Under the pieces are notes generated by a model. It was not told where the DNA came from and did no database searches. It saw only the letters and a list, made by a program, of their open reading frames with translations. This document shows positions 8,461 through 17,299 of a stretch of 53,654 bases of DNA, piece by piece (position 1 is the first letter of the stretch; every line of letters starts with the position of its first letter). This stretch comes from Muribaculaceae bacterium (lineage in GTDB: Bacteria > Bacteroidota > Bacteroidia > Bacteroidales > Muribaculaceae): positions 1 through 53,654 of the forward strand of contig JBJFEF010000310.1 in assembly GCA_051890435.1 (NCBI GenBank), in the 5' to 3' direction. Made by a program: the position numbers and the translations under genes.

Positions 8461-11118
8461 TTACTTCTTGATTACTTTCGCAACCTGAGTGCCATTGATG
8501 CGGAGCATATACACACCGCTTGCCTGGCCTGCAAGGTCAACGCTTACTACGCTCTCGCCGTTGCCCTTAACGGTCTTCACGAGTGCGCCTGCAAGGTTGT
8601 AAACCTCTACTGTTGCAATTTCATTAGCCTTAACGTTCACCTCACCTGTTGTTACGGTAGGATATGCAATAGCCTTGCTTGCTACGGCTGCATCAGCAAC
8701 CTCTACACCCGATTCGGCTGAGAGCTTGATGGTGTTGGCTACTACATCAACAGTTACATAGTATGATCCTGCTGCTACTGTCCACATATTGGTGCTTGCT
8801 GTAATTGCGTTATCGACATCAAGGGTGATTGCTGTCATATCCTCTGCCGGACCAAATACATAAGGCTCAATCGAAATCCAGTCTTCACTGTCGGCACCAA
8901 GCTTGTCCGAGATTACAAACTGAGGCTCATCTGTGTTGAATGTAATCTTCTCAGTGCTTGCATAGGTCTTACCATAGTCGTTAGAGAGGATCTGAACGCC
9001 ATCGTTGGCTACGAATTCCTTGCCCTCAGTTGTTCCGATCACATACACTGCAACCGGATTCTTCGGTGTCAAGGTGAGCTTGCGCTCGGGCAGATTCATT
9101 GTGAAGGTGTATTCACCGCGGCGTACCTGTGCCATATTCTCTGCCGATACCTGGAAGTCGCCAAGCTGAACCGGCTCGTTGTGTGGCAGATAGTCACCAT
9201 TGTTGATTGCTCCGAAGCGGCTTGCAGCGATTGCACCCCAGCTAAATGGGTCACCGGCAAGCTTGGTGCTGAAGAAGATGTTGCTGAATGCGTTGTTCCA
9301 CTCATTCTCCACAAGCACGTCGCCTGTGTAGGTCACACCGTCCTCAGTTGCAAGTTCGATACCTACGTTTGGCCATACCGGCAAGTGGTTGATTGTGCCG
9401 TCTTCATTGCGGGTCGATACACCACCCATCACATAAACCTTCTCAAACGGTGTCTTGGTCACGAGCATTGTGCGGTTCTCAAGATTTACCGATACGTCAT
9501 ATTTGCCCATCGGAATCACGAAGAAGTTCTCCTTCGATTCAAGATAATTACCACACTGCATTACCTCGTCGATAACAACCTCAGTGTTAGGATTCAATGC
9601 ACCGAAGCGGTTGTTTGCAATGTCACCCCAAAGTGTGAAGTTCTCAGCAAGTTTTGTAGTGAAGCCGAATGTTACCTTCGGGCTTGTTACGTCGTCCTCA
9701 AATGTTACTGAACCTACATAGTTGGTGAAGTCGTGTGTGTAAAGCTCTGTTCCTTGGTCGGCTGCCCACACTTGGAACTTCTTGTCGCCGTTGGCATCAA
9801 TCTTTGCCAATTGTCCCATGATGTAGAGGTGCTCAAGCTCACGGTCGGTTGGCATCATCACGATTGTGTTCTTGCTCTTGTCGAGTGTGAGGGTGTATTT
9901 TCCTGTCGGAACTGAGAACCAGTCTTCCTTACTTGCAAAAGGTGCTCCGAGTGCGTGTGCTTTGCCGAAGAGGATTGGCTCAAGTCCGCCCTGTGCGTTA
10001 CCGAAGCGGCAGTCCTTAATTTGCTCCCACATTGTGGCATCACCACCAAGTGCAGTTGTGAATGCAAATGTTGCTTCTGGCTGGCCGGCCTGCTCAAATT
10101 GTGCGGTAAGTGTATAGATCACACCATCTTCAGTATCCATCAATGTACCCTGGTCGGCATTCCATCCTTGTCCGTTCACTTGTCCCATCACATAGATCGG
10201 CGGGAACTTGTGAGGATTCACGGTCATTGTGCGGGTCTGCATATTCACGTTGATTTCATATGTTCCCGAAGCAATTGTGTAGGCATTGTCCTTGCTGTCG
10301 CCCTGTGCGCCAAGCTCTACCTCCACCTTCAGTGTCACCGGAGTGTTAGGCTCGGGTGCTCCGAAGCGGTCGGCTGCAATCGATTCCCAGCCGTCGGCAG
10401 TCTCAGCAAGCTTGTTCGAGAATGTGAACGATGCTGTTTCTGCTCCCTTAGAGTCAAATACCACTTCTTTCTTGAAGTTTACGCCATCGGCTGTTTCAAG
10501 CTCTTCACCTACGTTGGCTGCATTCACTTGGTCCTTAACGCCGTCGCCCATCACATACACATGGGTGTATTCAGTTGTCGGCACACAAACCAGAGTCTTT
10601 GTCTCCACGTTGAGTGTAAGGTTGTACATACCGGTTGCAATCCAGAAGAAATTCTCCTTCGAATCGAGCAACTCACCTGTTGCCAATTCCTTGCCCCATA
10701 CAACAGTGGTGTTGGGCACAGCGGCACCGAAGCGATATTCGGCAATCTGGTCCCAGCGTGTTGGGTCATCGGCAAGGGTCTCTTTCTTGCAGAATCCGAA
10801 GTGGTGGGTTGGTGCACCATTGATGCTCCAGAAATTTACTGTTGTGGTATAAACCACACCGTCGGTAGTTTCCATCTTGATACCTACGTCGGGACGATAG
10901 CCCACCTGAAAGTCGGGGTCCATAGTCTCGCCGTCAAGTCCCATCTCACCAAGAAGCCAGATGGTAGGGAATGTAGTTTCTCCATCCTTCGGAGTGACTG
11001 CGCCACTTTCAGGATTCGGCTGTGTTGTTCCATTGTTCTGGAAAACACTGCTCACTGTTGTTTGCGCCAATGCCACCAAGCATACAAGTGCGCAAAGCAA
11101 TGTACTGATTTTTTTCAT
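8461..11118 (-). CDS. T9SS-secreted protein with six tandem ~115-125 aa repeats (putative CBM/SusE-F-like glycan-binding modules)
   Basis: The signal peptide is MKKISTLLCALVCLVALAQT. Each of the six repeats starts with (I/V/L)Y(V/I)(M/I)G and contains the core F-x-F-(S/T)-x-K-L-x(4-6)-W-x-x-I-x-x-x-RFG (for example FTFSNKLAETADGWESIAADRFG and FGFTTKLAENFTLWGDIANNRFG). The C-terminal ~70 aa fit a T9SS type A sorting domain (...VEVYNLAGALVKTVKG...SGVYMLRINGTQVAKVIKK). Confidence 0.8.
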   Translation of the reverse strand: MKKISTLLCALVCLVALAQTTVSSVFQNNGTTQPNPESGAVTPKDGETTFPTIWLLGEMGLDGETMDPDFQVGYRPDVGIKMETTDGVVYTTTVNFWSINGAPTHHFGFCKKETLADDPTRWDQIAEYRFGAAVPNTTVVWGKELATGELLDSKENFFWIATGMYNLTLNVETKTLVCVPTTEYTHVYVMGDGVKDQVNAANVGEELETADGVNFKKEVVFDSKGAETASFTFSNKLAETADGWESIAADRFGAPEPNTPVTLKVEVELGAQGDSKDNAYTIASGTYEINVNMQTRTMTVNPHKFPPIYVMGQVNGQGWNADQGTLMDTEDGVIYTLTAQFEQAGQPEATFAFTTALGGDATMWEQIKDCRFGNAQGGLEPILFGKAHALGAPFASKEDWFSVPTGKYTLTLDKSKNTIVMMPTDRELEHLYIMGQLAKIDANGDKKFQVWAADQGTELYTHDFTNYVGSVTFEDDVTSPKVTFGFTTKLAENFTLWGDIANNRFGALNPNTEVVIDEVMQCGNYLESKENFFVIPMGKYDVSVNLENRTMLVTKTPFEKVYVMGGVSTRNEDGTINHLPVWPNVGIELATEDGVTYTGDVLVENEWNNAFSNIFFSTKLAGDPFSWGAIAASRFGAINNGDYLPHNEPVQLGDFQVSAENMAQVRRGEYTFTMNLPERKLTLTPKNPVAVYVIGTTEGKEFVANDGVQILSNDYGKTYASTEKITFNTDEPQFVISDKLGADSEDWISIEPYVFGPAEDMTAITLDVDNAITASTNMWTVAAGSYYVTVDVVANTIKLSAESGVEVADAAVASKAIAYPTVTTGEVNVKANEIATVEVYNLAGALVKTVKGNGESVVSVDLAGQASGVYMLRINGTQVAKVIKK

Positions 11119-11177
11119 ACGATAAATGGTTTAGTTAATCGAATAGTTATAATATTGTATGTTTGTTATGTTAATTT

Positions 11178-12956
11178 TTAGTATCTCTTGAGTTTCATCT
11201 CGGTGCCATGTGCCTCTATAATCACGCCTTTAGGTGCACTCACTTCGCTCACTATCTTTCCGTTGGCAAGGCGGCGGTGACTCACGCTGATTGCTCCGAG
11301 TGGAGTGGGCAGCGAGCCTTTGGCACGGGTGCATCCCACCAGGTGTGGGGTGATGGAATATTTCACAAGCGGGCTCTGAATTGGCTCTATTCCTAATATG
11401 TGGCGGGTGAGCCAAGGGGTTGGTCCCGATGCCCAGCCGTGACACAAACTCATGCGCAGCCCCTTGTAGCAATAGGCTCCACAGTCGGCATGAATGTCGG
11501 TCTTTCCGGCAGGCACTATCTCATCGATGCGCGAGGCGTTGGCAGTGTCGCTCCAGTCGAGGTTTTCCCAGAATGTGGTAGCTCCAAGCTCCAGCATCTT
11601 GCCCCAATATTGCTCAATTATCTTCACTGCTTCCTCATATTTCCCTGCTTTTGCAAGTGCTTCAATCATATAATAGCCATAGAATGTCGAGAAATTCTGC
11701 GGTCCGTCGTTGAGTATCATCTTCACGGCTTTGTCTGTGTCGCTGCATATTCCTGAAATCACGGCAAGAGCTGCTGTCTGCTTGCACACCGTCACCGGAT
11801 ATTGCACTTTGCGCAGTCGTGCCACTGCATTCTTTGCCGTCTTCTCCAGTTCTGCATCTCCGAGCACCACTGCCATCTCGGCTGCTGCCTGCATCGCCAT
11901 GGTGCAGAGCGAGTGGATTCCCGAGTTGATATCGTCGTGGCATTCCGAGGTGGGCCAATCGAGGAATCGCGATCCGTCGAGGCTTTCACGTCCGTTCTTG
12001 TCGATTTTTCCGTCGATTTGTGCCACCAAGCCACGCAGATATTCCTGCTGTTCGTGCAAATAGCCGAGATCGCGGCTATAATTATACAGGTCGCGATGAA
12101 CGATTATCCACCACAGCGAGTAGCTGCACATGCCGTTCATCCACCCGGGTAGCGGTGTGTCGTCGCGGGCAAAGTCGAGTGTGCGTTTCACAGTGGCATC
12201 AGCTCCAAACACTGCGTTCACTGTCGCTACCTCGGGGTGCATGTCGCCCATCCACACAAGGCGGTCGCGCTTCACGCCGTCCCACAGATATTCTTGCATA
12301 CACAGGTGCACCGTGTGTGCTCCCACTTCCCATATCTTGTTAAGCAATGCGTTGTCGCTCTCAAAGCTTCCCACCGGGTCAATATCGCGGTAGCGGCTCT
12401 CAGCCTCCACTGTCTTCAGGCGGTAGTTCACATCGTGGTCGCACAGGTCGATACGCACGAAGCGGAATCCGGTGTCACCCACCTTAATCGAGCCAAGCCA
12501 TGGCGCCTCTACGTCGAGATCGCGCATTGCATGGTCGTTGGTAGCGCCCTTTTCTCCCACTCGGCTCATTGCCTCACTCACACTCTCACCGAAGCACAAG
12601 TGCAGCTTCACCGGTTTTTGCTCGTCGCGTATCGGCGAGTATATCACCACTCCGCCATTCATCTCCTCTCCAAAGTCGATGAGCAACGATGCCGTGTGGT
12701 CTTTGTCGCTTCGCATTGTGGCGCACACCGTGTCGGCTACCGACACTTGTCCGCTGAACGACTTAAGCATATTCTCGGCATTTCTCACATATTTCCCCGT
12801 TGAGTCCGAAACCCACACCAAGCGTTTAGGCGCCACCCGATGCGTAGTCACTTCAGCCACTGTCGTTGCCGCCGAGGCCGATCCTACAGCTCCGCATGCA
12901 ATCACAATGCTGAGTGCAATGTTCCGTAATTGTTTCTTAGTTTTCAAGTTTGTCAT
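11178..12956 (-). CDS. GH78-related (alpha/alpha)6 glycoside hydrolase, alpha-L-rhamnosidase-like, short form (592 aa)
   Basis: There is a signal peptide. The segment SFESDNALLNKIWEVGAHTVHLCMQEYLWDGVKRDRLVWMGD parallels the GH78 segment FECSDESINRLQQNS...DCPHREKQGWTADA of the 936-aa enzyme in this window. It also has a C-terminal SLCHGWASGPTPWL and a terminal beta-sandwich-like region. Confidence 0.6.
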   Translation of the reverse strand: MTNLKTKKQLRNIALSIVIACGAVGSASAATTVAEVTTHRVAPKRLVWVSDSTGKYVRNAENMLKSFSGQVSVADTVCATMRSDKDHTASLLIDFGEEMNGGVVIYSPIRDEQKPVKLHLCFGESVSEAMSRVGEKGATNDHAMRDLDVEAPWLGSIKVGDTGFRFVRIDLCDHDVNYRLKTVEAESRYRDIDPVGSFESDNALLNKIWEVGAHTVHLCMQEYLWDGVKRDRLVWMGDMHPEVATVNAVFGADATVKRTLDFARDDTPLPGWMNGMCSYSLWWIIVHRDLYNYSRDLGYLHEQQEYLRGLVAQIDGKIDKNGRESLDGSRFLDWPTSECHDDINSGIHSLCTMAMQAAAEMAVVLGDAELEKTAKNAVARLRKVQYPVTVCKQTAALAVISGICSDTDKAVKMILNDGPQNFSTFYGYYMIEALAKAGKYEEAVKIIEQYWGKMLELGATTFWENLDWSDTANASRIDEIVPAGKTDIHADCGAYCYKGLRMSLCHGWASGPTPWLTRHILGIEPIQSPLVKYSITPHLVGCTRAKGSLPTPLGAISVSHRRLANGKIVSEVSAPKGVIIEAHGTEMKLKRY

Positions 12957-12994
12957 AATTTTTAGTGGTCAATATGGTATTCTTTTCACCATGC

Positions 12995-13002
12995 CAAAAT
13001 TA
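12995..13002 (-). promoter_or_regulatory. Candidate -7 box (TAnnTTTG) for the minus-strand GH78-like / repeat-protein transcript
   Basis: The minus strand reads TAATTTTG, about 39 nt upstream of the ATG at 12956, in the divergent intergenic region. This is a motif match only. Confidence 0.25.
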
Positions 13003-13141
13003 CTGCCATTTCCCATCATCGGCTTTTTCATTTGTATCCTTTTATTGCACACATGGCGCAACGCATGTCACAATTGTTTCAAAATCTTGCTAATTTGTTC
13101 CAATTCATTCCGCGCATGGCTGTTTTCTGCAAAATTATGCC

Positions 13142-13149
13142 TATCTTTG
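13142..13149 (+). promoter_or_regulatory. Candidate -7 box (TAnnTTTG) for the HTCS gene
   Basis: TATCTTTG lies 26 nt upstream of the ATG at 13175. This is a motif match only. Confidence 0.3.
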
Positions 13150-13174
13150 GGTGAATTTATCACTATAATGTATC

Positions 13175-16100
13175 ATGAAGAAATTCTCACTTTGCATTTT
13201 TTTGTTGCTTATTGCATTGATGCCTCAGCGGTCGGTTGCGTCTGTTCCCGCCATACGCACAGGCATTTCCAATTTGCACGTCAACGATATTGCCCAAGAT
13301 AGCCAGGGGCTAATTTGGATTGCTACCGCCAAAGGCTTATGCCGTTACGACGGTCGAAACTACACCACATTCCTCCACGACAAGAGCGACCCCAAGAGCA
13401 TCGCAAGCGACATCGTCAACGGGCTTTTCTTCGATGGCGCTTCGCTATGGACTGCAAATAGCGGGGGCGTATCGCGATTCGACCTCGACACTTGGCAATT
13501 CACCAATTTCAACGTCGCAGGAATGAAAAGCCTCTTCTTCCTCGGATTGTTCAAGGTTGAAAACCGACTTTACACCTACGGCCTCAATGGCATCTATCTC
13601 ATCAACGAATCGGAGTGCCGGCTCGAACAAGCCGTTCCCCTCGACGGTCAGGTGGTTCGCAGCGTTGTAACCGGCAGGAGCGGACACATCTGGATTGTAT
13701 GCGACGAGAATGAGGCTCTTTGCTTCGACTCCGACTTCAATCTGCAGCACCGCATCGACTTCCCGCCTGCTCAGGCTCTCAATTGCATTTTCATCGACCC
13801 GATTTCGCACAACGTGATGTTCGGAACCTCGCAAGGATCTTTCCGCTTCGACCCTAACAGCAACGCTCTCTCCAATGCCGATGTCTCTCCCTTGCTCGCC
13901 CGCACCAAGATTCGTTATCTCAAGTGCCTCGACGACCGCAAAGCTATCCTCGTCGATGACCGCAATTTCACCGAAATATTCGATTTCAACACCGACACAT
14001 TCGTCACTTCGGTTGTTGACCGCACCGGCGAGCTATCCAACCGCTTCACCGACATGACTTGTGCATTCCTCGATGTAGATACCAACCTATGGATTGGCAC
14101 CTTCAATGCCGGAATCAAATATCTCACTCGCCGCGAGCGCCTTTTCGGCTCCAATCGCCGCCTGTCGCAAGCTCTACACAATTGCTTCGTAACTCGCATC
14201 TGCGACGACTCTCACGGCAACATCTGGATTGGCACACGCTACAATGGCTTCGCACGTTATTCCAAGTCGAGTGGCTCTATCGAGTGGTTCAACGCATCCA
14301 ATTCTCCCGTCATGAGCTCTGTGGGCAACTTTGTGCAGTCGCTCATGACCGATGCCGCCGGGCGCCTGTGGATTTGCGTGGGCAATGCACTCGCCGTGTT
14401 CGACATTTCCAGCCCCTCAGGCAAGCCATCGCTTATCCACAAATTCGACAACGTGGGAAACATCGTTTCTCTCACTACCGACAACTCGGGCCGCATCTGG
14501 GCAGGATCTTCCACCGAAGGCATTTTCATCTACAACCCCAATCTCACTCTCTTCAGCAAAATCAAGCCCACAAGCGGCAAAATGGCTAATATCACAAGTA
14601 TCATTCCTCTTTCTCCCCAAAAAATGCTCGTATCGGTTTTTGGCGACAACCTCTACACTATCGACACACGCACTCTTCGCTCTCTCACCTTCGACACCCG
14701 CTTCTCGCGACTCTTTGCCAACGTAATCAATCTCAAAAAATCATCTTCTTCACCCGATGAAATCCTCATAGGTTCCTATGGCGACGGCTTCATGATTTAC
14801 TCCACTGCCAATCGCTCCTTGCGCCACATCGACAGCAAAGAAGGGCTCCTCTGCAACGACGTCCTCGGAATCCAAGAAGACTACAAAGGCAACTACTGGC
14901 TCAGCAGCAGCTATGGCATTTACCGCATCGACCGCAAATCTCTCAAAATCACTTCCTACCTCTCTGCCGACGACACCGGCGGCGACCAATTCCACGAAAA
15001 ATCGGAGTGCACAATCGACGGCAACATTTTCTTCGGCGGAAATCATGGCATCACCGAAATCTCGCCCGCTCACACTTCTTCGGCTGTTCATCACACACCG
15101 GTGCTCCTCACCGACTTGCGCGTGATGAATCGCAGCATCTCTATCGACAGCCTCGCCGGCGACAACGCCATTCTCTCTAAGCACATATCACGCACAAGTG
15201 AAATCTCGCTCAGACACAGCCAAAACATGCTGAGCCTCGACTTCATCGGTATCTGCTACGACACCCCAAAAAACCTCGAATATGCCTATCGCCTCGATGG
15301 TATCGACCTCGATTGGAACTATTCGGGCGACATCACACGCGCAAGCTACTCCAATCTCAATTCCGGAACCTACCAATTCATGGTGAAAGTGCGCAATGGT
15401 TCCGGTGAATGGGAGCCCGAAATACGCCTCCTCACCATCAACGTCCTTCCAAGCCCCTGGATGCACCCACTCGCCATACTCATCTATATAGCTATTGCCA
15501 CGGGATGCCTCCTGGTGCTCAACAAGATAATGTTGCGTCGCAAGCTGCGCAAAGAGCGTGCTCTCCTCGCTCAGAACGAAATGCGACGCGAAAAAGACCT
15601 CGCTCAAATGAAGGTGAACTTCTTCACCAACATCAGCCACGAGCTCCGCACTCCGCTCACCCTCATCTACAACCCCGTGAAGCTCCTAATGAACGACAAG
15701 AGCATCGTCAATCCCGAGAGCGTTTCGCTCATCTCGCTCATCAACCGCAACACCGAGCGTCTGCTGCGCCTCGTAAATCAAATCCTCGACTACGGAAAAA
15801 TCAAGAACGACACTCTCGAACTGAAAGTGTCGCGACACGACTGCATCGCACAAATCTCCGACATCGTGAGCATCTTCAAGTTCTATGCCGCCGAGAAAAA
15901 CATCGAAATCACTCTAAATTCCGATTTCTCAACTCTCACAATCCTCTACGACTACGACAAAATCGACAAAATCATCAATAATCTCCTCATCAACTCCATA
16001 AAATATGCCCCTATCGGTGGAAAAGTCACCATCGATGTAGCTCTCGCCAAAGATGCTAATGGCGGCAACTGCCTCCACATCACCGTGAGCGACAATGGCA

Positions 16101-17182
16101 ACGGTGTTGACAGCGCTGCCTTGCCTAGCATTTTCGACCGCTTCAAGCGATTCGTCGGTAAGCAGAAGTCGCAACCCTCGGGTTACGGAATCGGACTAAA
16201 CTATGTGAAGCACCTCGTGGAAAACCACAAAGGCTCTATCGCTGCAAGCAACCTCAAAAGCGGAGGTATGTCGTTCAATATTTCTATTCCTATCGACGAA
16301 AACCGCTACACTCCCGACGAGTTTGCCGATGTTACCGACATCGACACCCCCGAAACCCACTCCGAGACCGAAACAGAACTCACTCTGCCCGAAACGAGCT
16401 CCAAGCATAAAATCCTTGTGGTGGAAGACAACCCCGACATGGCTGAATTGCTTTCCGACCTGCTCGCTACCTACGAGGTGAAAACAGCTTCCGATGGCAT
16501 CGATGCTATGGAAAAACTCAAAACCGAAGAGCCCGATCTGATAATCTCCGACGTGATGATGCCTCGAATGGACGGATTCGAGCTGTGTCGCACAATTCGC
16601 ACCGACAAGGAGCTGTGCCACATCCCGATTATCCTCCTCACCGCTAAAACTCTCGACGACGACCGCATCAAGGGTTTCAAGCTGGGCGCCGACCTCTACA
16701 TCAGCAAACCTTTCAATCACGATTTGCTAATCGCTATGGTTGAGCGTCTGCTCTCTCGCACCGAGCACCGTCACGACGTTATTGCACGAATTGCCGGTAC
16801 CGACTACGCCAATACCGAGAACGAGCTCCACGACATCAACAGCGAGCTTAGCCCTCTCGACCAGCGTTTCCTTGAACGCCTCAACACCTACATCGCTGAA
16901 AACATCTCCGACTCTGAGCTCAACGTGAGTCTCCTCGGCCGCGAACTCGGTTTCTCCCGAACCAACTTCTATCGCAAGGTGAAATCACTCACCGGCATGA
17001 CGCCTAACGACTTCTTGCGCCTCTATCGACTCAACCGTGCCGCCGAGCTCCTCAAGCGCCGTGAATACCAAATCGGCGAAATCGGCGAAATGACCGGATT
17101 CGGTACTCAGTCGCACTTCTCTTCTTGCTTCAAAAAGCATTTTGGAGTGTCGCCAAAGGACTATCTCGCTCAGAATAAGTGA
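13175..17182 (+). CDS. Hybrid two-component system sensor kinase/response regulator (HTCS), beta-propeller/Y_Y_Y sensor type
   Basis: There is a signal peptide and repeated propeller-type segments (GLIWIATAKGLCRYDG, NLWIGTFNAGI, GNIWIGTRYNGF, GRLWICVGN, GRIWAGSSTEGI). A Y_Y_Y-like region (YAYRLDGIDLDWNY...GTYQFMVKV) is followed by a TM helix (LAILIYIAIATGCLLVL). The cytoplasmic part has an H-box (FFTNISHELRTPLTLI), ATPase G-boxes (SDNGNGV, GYGIGLNYVKHLV), a receiver (ILVVEDNPDM...ISDVMMPRMDG...LTAK) and an AraC HTH (GFSRTNFYRKVKSLTGMTPNDFLRLYRLNRAAELL). Confidence 0.95.
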   Translation: MKKFSLCIFLLLIALMPQRSVASVPAIRTGISNLHVNDIAQDSQGLIWIATAKGLCRYDGRNYTTFLHDKSDPKSIASDIVNGLFFDGASLWTANSGGVSRFDLDTWQFTNFNVAGMKSLFFLGLFKVENRLYTYGLNGIYLINESECRLEQAVPLDGQVVRSVVTGRSGHIWIVCDENEALCFDSDFNLQHRIDFPPAQALNCIFIDPISHNVMFGTSQGSFRFDPNSNALSNADVSPLLARTKIRYLKCLDDRKAILVDDRNFTEIFDFNTDTFVTSVVDRTGELSNRFTDMTCAFLDVDTNLWIGTFNAGIKYLTRRERLFGSNRRLSQALHNCFVTRICDDSHGNIWIGTRYNGFARYSKSSGSIEWFNASNSPVMSSVGNFVQSLMTDAAGRLWICVGNALAVFDISSPSGKPSLIHKFDNVGNIVSLTTDNSGRIWAGSSTEGIFIYNPNLTLFSKIKPTSGKMANITSIIPLSPQKMLVSVFGDNLYTIDTRTLRSLTFDTRFSRLFANVINLKKSSSSPDEILIGSYGDGFMIYSTANRSLRHIDSKEGLLCNDVLGIQEDYKGNYWLSSSYGIYRIDRKSLKITSYLSADDTGGDQFHEKSECTIDGNIFFGGNHGITEISPAHTSSAVHHTPVLLTDLRVMNRSISIDSLAGDNAILSKHISRTSEISLRHSQNMLSLDFIGICYDTPKNLEYAYRLDGIDLDWNYSGDITRASYSNLNSGTYQFMVKVRNGSGEWEPEIRLLTINVLPSPWMHPLAILIYIAIATGCLLVLNKIMLRRKLRKERALLAQNEMRREKDLAQMKVNFFTNISHELRTPLTLIYNPVKLLMNDKSIVNPESVSLISLINRNTERLLRLVNQILDYGKIKNDTLELKVSRHDCIAQISDIVSIFKFYAAEKNIEITLNSDFSTLTILYDYDKIDKIINNLLINSIKYAPIGGKVTIDVALAKDANGGNCLHITVSDNGNGVDSAALPSIFDRFKRFVGKQKSQPSGYGIGLNYVKHLVENHKGSIAASNLKSGGMSFNISIPIDENRYTPDEFADVTDIDTPETHSETETELTLPETSSKHKILVVEDNPDMAELLSDLLATYEVKTASDGIDAMEKLKTEEPDLIISDVMMPRMDGFELCRTIRTDKELCHIPIILLTAKTLDDDRIKGFKLGADLYISKPFNHDLLIAMVERLLSRTEHRHDVIARIAGTDYANTENELHDINSELSPLDQRFLERLNTYIAENISDSELNVSLLGRELGFSRTNFYRKVKSLTGMTPNDFLRLYRLNRAAELLKRREYQIGEIGEMTGFGTQSHFSSCFKKHFGVSPKDYLAQNK

Positions 17183-17299
17183 AATGGCGTTTTTTGCACA
17201 TTTGTGTCAGATGGTGCATTTGAAACATATCTATAAAAAATCGGAACATGCGACAAATCGCCCTTGATTTATTTTAGTTTCCTTTGCATACTCAATTTT

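Noticed and set aside
9955-11181. A 408-aa plus-strand ORF and others (9181-9711, 10286-10852) opposite the six-repeat T9SS protein gene. Also 7363-8229 (+) opposite GH3, and 12237-13302 (+) ORFs opposite the GH78-like gene.
   Set aside because: These are Cys/His/Leu-rich shadow frames with no motifs. The minus-strand products have coherent repeats, signal peptides and family motifs.
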